From the NCBI GenBank assembly GCA_002104895.1, contig MCFG01000246.1, forward strand, positions 1 to 64,000: a stretch of 64,000 bases of DNA. The letters run 5' to 3'. This document shows positions 51,032 through 64,000 of the stretch, piece by piece. Positions within the stretch are counted from its first letter, which is position 1. Each line of letters opens with the position of its first letter. The notes beneath the pieces are model-generated. The model was not told the DNA's origin. It did not search any database and saw nothing but the letters and a program-made list of their open reading frames with translations. The stretch is from Anaeromyces robustus (Eukaryota). Position numbers and translations under genes: made by a program.

Positions 51032-52135
51032 GTGAAATAATTGAAATTGATGAAAATATATATATATGCAAATTATAAATATTAATTTCCTTTTTATATA
51101 TTTTTTTATCTGTCTTAATGTTTTCCTTATATTTATTTAAAATTAAAGTTCTAAGCTTTAAAATAAATAAAATTATATATATATATATATAATTATTTTA
51201 GATAATCTATTATAAAAAATCATAATAATAATAAAAATGAATAAATTTAAAATTTAAATTATTTGAGTTATTTTCGATATATTATATAATTAAAAATAAG
51301 CTATAAAAAGATTTATACATATAAAATATTACACTTACCTTATGATTATTTAATATATAACAAAGTAAAAATTAACTAGAACATATATATATATTATTAA
51401 TTATAATCATAACAAAAAATTTAATAATAATGATAATAATAATAATAATAATTAAAAGATGTTTTTTTTTCTTTTTTTTATTAAATTTAAATTATTATTA
51501 TCTTTAGTTTTTGAATATGGAATTATCAAATTTAAATTTTTTTTTTATTAATTTTAAATTTATTATAATTTAAAATTGTAATAAAAACAAAATATATATA
51601 AATAAAATAAAATAGAGAAAAAAATTTAAATAAATAAATAAATAAGATAAATTATATATATATATATATATATAATTCCTTCTTCGATTATATTAATAAT
51701 ATTATATAATATTAGGGAATCATCCTTTATATTTCTCTCTTATTTTTATTTTTATCCTTAATTTTTAATATTATTATAGCTCATATATTTTAATCATGAT
51801 TAATATATAATACAAAAAAATTATAAAAAATTATAAAATATAAAATACAATTAATACAAAGAATACAATTAATATAAAGAATATAAAAAATAAAAAAGAA
51901 AAAAAGAAAAATAATAATAATAATAATAATAAATGTATTTAAAAAATATACCAAATATAAATATTTTCTTATATATATAGAGAAATCATTAAGTATATTT
52001 TTTCAAAAAAAAAAAATAAAATAAAATAAAATACTTATATATTTAATATAATTGTATATATAAAAAGAAGTATAAAATTATTTAAAAAATTGTATGATTA
52101 CTGGATTAAACATTTGATATATCAGGAAAATATAA

Positions 52136-55100
52136 ATGAGTAACGAGGAAGAGAATAATATAACTGATATAACTGATATTGCTAATGGAAATAATGAAAA
52201 TATAACCAGTATAACAGATATCGCTGATATTGTTGATGAAAATAATAATAATGAAAACACAACTAATATAGCAGATGTCGTTGATGTTGGTACTGCTGAC
52301 AGAAATAATGAAAATAATGGTTTTGAAGAAGGTAAAGATAAACTTCAATTAACAATTAAAACAAAACAAAATGTGGGTTTTTCTCTTCCAGATGATTTAC
52401 AAGATGATAAAAAACCATATGAAATGAAAACAGAACCAACTATTCATGATTTAAGTTTGTTAATTGATGATTTTTCACAATATAATTCAATATTATCATT
52501 AAATACCCCAGATGATAGAAAAAATAGTCCAACTTCAAGATTATTTAGTGGTAAAGCTGATGATGATGGTATATATGAAGTTATATTTCCAATTCCAGAA
52601 GAAAAATTAGTTAAAAATTCAAATTATATAAGAACTACAAAATATACTATTTGGTCATTTTTACCATTAAACTTAATTAGTCAGGTATTCATATAATATA
52701 TATAATAATATGATAATAAATATAAAAATAATATATTATTTTATATATATAATAATAATTTTATAATATTTGTATTAATAATAAATTATTTAAATAAGTA
52801 ATAAAAAATGAATAATTAGTATTAATAATATTATAATATTTTTATTTTTACTATTCCATATATTAATTATCATATATATATACGTTTACACATACATACA
52901 CATATAATATATTTATTTATTTTTGAAATGATTTGGTCAAACATATATATATTTTTTTTAAAAAAAAAAATAAAAGTTTAGAAGATTATATAATATTTAT
53001 TTCTTATTTGCAGCTTTTTCAACATTAACAAAATATAGTGCACTTAATCCATTTACACAAATTTTTCCATTATTACTTGTTCTTTCAGTAACTGCATTAA
53101 AAGATGGTTATGAAGATTATGTATGATATATATATAGATACCCACAAATATTAATAAATTTTTTAAATATCCATATATTTAAATATACTTTCAAATAAAT
53201 TAATAAACAAATCAAAATTATTCATACTTTTTATTTTTACTTTTATTTTTATTTTTATTTTTTTATTTTCTTGCTATATTATATTTAAATAATTTATAAT
53301 TATATTATATAACAACAACAATAATAATAATTAAAGAAACGTTATCTATCTGATAAAGAAACAAATAATATTAAATATTCTATTTTTAGAAATGGGTATG
53401 TAGATTTAATACCAAGTAAGGATATTCAATGTGGTGATGTTGTATGTTGATCATATAAATAAATGAAAAAAAAAATAAAATGAAATGAAAAGAGAATAAT
53501 ATAAAAATATATAATATTTAATTCATATTAGTTTTAATCAATTTTTTTATAATATTTATATTTTTACTAATATTATTTAAATATATTATTTTTATTTTAT
53601 TTTTTTTTTTATTTAATTATTTTTTTTATCTATAAATCATATTATTATAGGTTATTTTACAAAAAGGAGATAAAATTCCTGCTGATTTATTATTGATTGG
53701 ATCTTCATCAGAAGAAGGAACATGTTATATTGAAACATCAGATTTGGATGGGTATATAATATATTATATATTATATATTATATATTATATTTATTATATT
53801 TATTATATTTATTATATTTATTACCAAATATATATATAACAATGTAATTAATTGAAATTAATGTATATACTTAGTGAAACCAATTTAAAGCGAAGAACAG
53901 CTCTTAGTCAATTTTCAGGTATTCGTAGTTTAGATGAATTATTAAGAGTAAAATGTGTTATTCATTGTGAAAAACCAAATGATAATTTAACTTCATTTGA
54001 TGGAAACATATCAATTGAAATTTCTAAAAAAGCAAATAAAACAGAAGAGAAACAACATGATGGTTTATATTATTTTTTTATTGTTATTACTTCATTATAA
54101 TTAAATTTTTCTTTTAAATAATTTTCAAAATTACTAAAAATAATAATTTTTTTCTTCAAATTTAAAAAAAAATAATTATATTTATATTTATATATTAAAA
54201 CTTCAATATTATAAGATCCATTTTCCCAACCATTAAAATCAGGTATTCAAAGATCTGCATCATTTTTCAGAAGAAAAAAAGCAATTTCAAATTTAAAAAA
54301 AGGTGTACCTTTCAACATGGAAAATATGCTTTTAAGAGGATCTATTTTAAGAAATACTGATTGTATTTATGGTATGGTTATTTATTCAGGTCAAAATACA
54401 AAAGTTTATCAAAATTTGAAAAAAAGTGGAATGAAATTTAGTAAAATGGAAAAGAAATTGAATATTTTGATTCTATATATATTTGTATTTAACATCGCTA
54501 TATTAGCTCTTACTGTTATTATGAATTTCCTTCAAACTAAAAACGATGGAGAAGCAGTACATTTAGATAAACCTACAACTAATCTTACAGCATATTATGA
54601 TGAAAATAATAGACCAATAGCTGGTATTCCACAACCAGCATTAATAGATTCTCCTCACGATCTTTGGTATGTAACAGAGGAATCTTATATAAAAAAGCCA
54701 GATTCAAACTATCCTGATATGATTATTTCAAGTATTCTATCATACTTTGCACTTTATACTTATGTTATTCCTATTAGTTTATTTGTTTCCCTTGAAATTG
54801 TTCGTTTCTTACAAGCGTTTTCTATGGAAAAAGATAAAAAAATGACGGGTAAACAAGAAATTCAACATAATTTAGAAAAAACAAATGATAAATCAAAAGT
54901 AGTTAGACATCTTGATAAGGATCCTAATTTATTGTCATCAAGAGCTAGTATTTATCGAAGTGTACACAAGAAAACAGTGAAAAAAGTTGAAATTAAAAAA
55001 TTAAATATGAAAGTTAATAATTCAAACTTAAATGAAGAATTAGGTACAGTAGAATATATTTTTAGTGATAAAACTGGTACATTAACAAGAAATGATATGC

Positions 55101-56954
55101 AATTATCAAAATGGTTTGTTAGTGGAAAAATATTTAATAGAATTCCATTACAAAAATCATTATTGGAAAGATTTGAAAATCCAGAATGTTCTGCAGAAGA
55201 AAAGAATACGATAAAAGAATTTTGTCGTGCTGTTGCTATGTGTAATGAAACTATTCCATCTTTTGAGCCAAAAACTTATGAAATTATTTATGAAAGTCAA
55301 TCTCCTGATGAATCTGCTTTAGTTTATGGAATAAAAACTGAAGGTGTAAATTTAATTGAAAGAAATAGATCAAGTGTTTCTATTGGTATGTGGGGATCTG
55401 AAAAAGCATCTTCACTAAGAATGCAAGTAGAAGAAAATTATGAAATATTAATGGTATTTGAATTTAATAGTGATAGAAAAAGAATGAGTGTTGTTTTAAG
55501 AAGACCAGATAATAGAATTGTATTATATTGCAAAGGAGCTGATGATATAATGTTCGGTAGATTATCTCCTGATCCACAAATTAATGATCCAGAATATATT
55601 CAAAAAACAAAAAATGCTCTCAAAACATTTAGTCAAGATGGTCTTAGAGTTCTTTTAGTAGCAACAAAAGAACTGACTGAAGAACAATATGATATATTTT
55701 ATAATGAATATTATTATGCAAATCAAAATATTAATAATAGAGCAGTTGCTGTTGAGGAAGTTGTAAGTAAAATTGAAAAAGATTTAAAACTTTTAGGTGC
55801 TACAGCTATTGAAGATCGTTTACAAGATAAAGTACCAGAAACTATTGATTATATTTTAAAGGTTTTATTTTTATTTCTTTTTTATATAAAAAAAATAATA
55901 GTTTATATAATTATAGTATAATATTATAATAAACATAAAAATATAACTACAAAAGTATATTCTTTCACATTTTTTATTATTTTTATTAATAATAATATTA
56001 TCAAATTATTGTTTATATTTACATTAATTTATAATTTAAATAGAGTGGTATAAGATTCTGGTTATTAACAGGAGATAAACAAGAAACAGCTATTAATATT
56101 GGAACATCTTCAAAATTATTATCAAAAGATTTTAATATGATGATTTTAAATGCAACATCAGAAAGTGAATGTGATAAAAAATTAGATAATTTCATAAAAA
56201 CTTTAAAAGATAATAACAGTTGGGGAGTAGATCATACACCAAAAGAAAGTATAAATAAAGGATATAAAAAATTCTTAGGTTATTTCAAGAAAAGAAAACA
56301 ACCTAAACTAGATCCTGATGAAACAAAACGTTTAGAAAAAATATGGGAAAAAAATGCTTTAATTGTGGATGGAGGTACATTATCATTTATTTTTGGATCA
56401 ACGACAGAAGCTGAAGAAGAAGCTCAAAATAAACAATCTAATAATAAAATTGCTCCAATTACACCTGATGAAAATAAAGATGTTGAAAAGAAAGAGGAAG
56501 AAATAGAAAATAAAGGAAGTTCATTTAGATATGATCAAAATGTTATGACTAGTATGCAAAGAAAATTCTTAGAAATTGGAACCAGATGTCATTCTGTTAT
56601 TTGTTGTCGTGTAACACCAATACAAAAAGCCAGAGTAGTTAAATTAGTAAAAATTCATTTAAAGAAAACAACACTGGCTATTGGTGATGGAGCAAATGAT
56701 GTTTCAATGATTAAAGCAGCAGATGTCGGTATAGGTATTATGGGAAAAGAAGGTGCACAGGCTGTAAAAGCTAGTGATTATGCATTTAAAGAATTCAAAT
56801 TCCTTAAAAGACTTATATTCATTCATGGGCATTATAATTATATTCGTATCACAAAAATTTTATTATATAGCTTTTATAAAAACATTGTTTTAATTATCCC
56901 ACAAATTATATGTGGTTTCTATACATATTGGAGTGGAACTGTACGTATATATTT

Positions 56955-57013
<59 letters not shown>

Positions 57014-58082
57014 TATAATAATAATAATAATAATAATAATTATAATAATAATAATAATAATAATAATTATAATAATAATAATAATAATAACAATATAATT
57101 AATTATTTTCTTAACTATATTAACATAAAAGATGGTATACGAAGAAATGTTTTTAACTGCATATAATGTATTGATGACATCTATTCCAGGTCCAGTATTG
57201 GCTTGTTTAGAAAGAGATTTACCAGTACAAGCCATTTATAATAATCCACCTATTTATCTTGAAACACTAAAAGGAAAATATTGGAATAAAAAATTGTTTA
57301 TACATTGGTTCGCTCTGGCTATATATCAAGGATGCAGTTAGTATTCCCACATTTTATTAATATAATTATAAATATATATATGTATATACATTTAATAATT
57401 TAATTCATAATTTATGATTATATTTTAATATATTCAAAGTGAGCTTCTATATGGTCTTTCTCACATTAAATGATTCTGTTATTAAAGGCGACGGTAAAAC
57501 TTTTGCTAATGGTTACTGGGGGCAATGTTATATTATGGAAACTGTAGTATTACTTACAGTATTGGTAAAAGCACTTATGATCACAGATTGGATGACAATT
57601 ATAACCTATGCTGGTATAGGAATTATGTTATTATTCCATATTTTAATTATGATTGTTGTCAATTATATTTATTATGCTGATGAAGGATCGATATACTTAA
57701 TATTCCAAGCACCATATCTTTTGCTTATGTTTTTATTTATGTTAGTTGTTAATATCTTGCCTGACTTTGCTATCTTATAGTATGTATAATAACTTTTGAT
57801 TTTTAACTATTACTTAATGATATTTTTTATTAATGTTTCATTATTTTTTATTAATAATAAATAATAAAAAACAGCTACCAAAAGCATTTATATCCTTCTG
57901 ATACTCAAATAATATTAGAAAACTATAAACTACAGAAAAAGGAACCACTGAATTATGAAGAAAGTGAAAGTGAAGAATCCATTGAATCTATTGAAAGTAG
58001 TATTTCTAGTAGTAGTAGTTATCGTAGTTGTATTGATAACGAAGGAATAGAACCAAGAATTAGTATGAGCAAAGATTGTTAA
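52136..58082 (+). CDS. P4-type ATPase (phospholipid flippase), copy 1
   Basis: NYIRTTKYTIWSFLP, DLDGETNLK, IPISL, phosphorylation motif [68 protein letters not shown]. Stop at 58080-58082. Confidence 0.96.
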
Positions 58083-58117
58083 TAATAAAACACCACAACA
58101 ACAAAAACAAAACAAAA

Positions 58118-58149
<32 letters not shown>

Positions 58150-58326
58150 ATGGTTTTAAAATAATATTTTTATCATTTTAATTAATTATTATCATTAATA
58201 TCATTTATACCAATTTTAATTCATAATTTATTATACTTTATGACTATTAAAATAATTTTAAAATAGAATAATATGCTATTAAAATATTAATCTACTGTTT
58301 TAATTATTTATATAGTAGAAAAAAGA

Positions 58327-58374
<48 letters not shown>

Positions 58375-58700
58375 ATAATATATAAATTAAAAAAATAAAA
58401 TAAATATGACATATAAATTATAGAAAAAAAACTTAACAGAAAATGTAAACTTTATTATAATGTATATAAAATTTATAAAATTTCGTACGATAATTTTTAA
58501 TCGTATGATACTTTTAAGTTGATTTACAATAAATTTAATTACATTTATATTTACTTTATTATCTTTAATATAAAAATATTTTTTTAATTCGGACTTATTA
58601 GTTTTTAGTAAATATTAAATGTTAATTTAATTTTCCAATATTTTATAATATTTTGGAGAAATTGAATAAATAAACATAAAAAGATTTATTTAATAAAAAG

Positions 58701-58736
<36 letters not shown>

Positions 58737-59132
58737 TTATAATAAACAAATAAAAATAAATTATAAATAAAACATAATATTAAATAAAAAATTTGATATA
58801 CAATGATAAATTTTTATATGTACATTAATTATAAATAAAGAAATGAAAATTATTAGCAGTATATTTGATAATTTTAAATTTTAATATTAATAATCAATTC
58901 AAATAGAAAAAAAAAATAAAATAAAAAATAAATTTATATATACATATATATATATATAAAAAGAAAATAAATAATAAATATGATATTAAATAATTAATTA
59001 TGATATTATAAAGTATTCCTTTTTTATTTTAATTTCTTATTTTTTAATAAAAACTAATTAACTAGAAAGGAGAAAAAACCTTTAAAAAATAAAAAAATAA
59101 AAAAATACGAAGTATTTTTTTTTATTTTAATA

Positions 59133-64000
<4,868 letters not shown>

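Noticed and set aside
57778..57780. Apparent premature TAG in flippase 1
   Set aside because: The TAG spans a splice donor (TA|gtatgt); splicing to acag|C gives TAC and continues YQKHLYPSD.

Overview
Extremely AT-rich, intron-dense eukaryotic DNA with many AAT/AAAT microsatellites. Flagellar genes (SPAG6, BBS4), fungal-type housekeeping genes and a bacterial-like intronless gene point to a zoosporic fungus, most plausibly an anaerobic gut fungus (Neocallimastigomycota); this assignment is inference. Manual splicing gives 12 protein-coding genes: cullin-3, a HAUS8/AUG8 (QWRF)-like augmin subunit, an RBMS-type 2xRRM protein, a tandem-CWCH2 zinc-finger factor, 5MP/BZW, a Yrb2/RanBP3-like protein, SPAG6 and BBS4 head-to-head, a C2-C2-C1-RasGAP-repeat-4xLIM protein, phospholipase C, and two tandem P4-ATPase flippases (the second runs off the window). 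There is also a decayed bacterial-type acyltransferase-3 gene bracketed by a 42-bp direct repeat, and a repeat/hairpin-rich block with a decayed ORF at the left end. Most notable: an AT-AC (U12-type) intron in PLC, the unusual RasGAP-LIM architecture with a 13-copy phosphosite array, the repeat-flanked acyltransferase relic, and an augmin-8 protein with both plant-like and animal-like motifs. Gene models and family calls were made by eye from remembered motifs, with no database searches.
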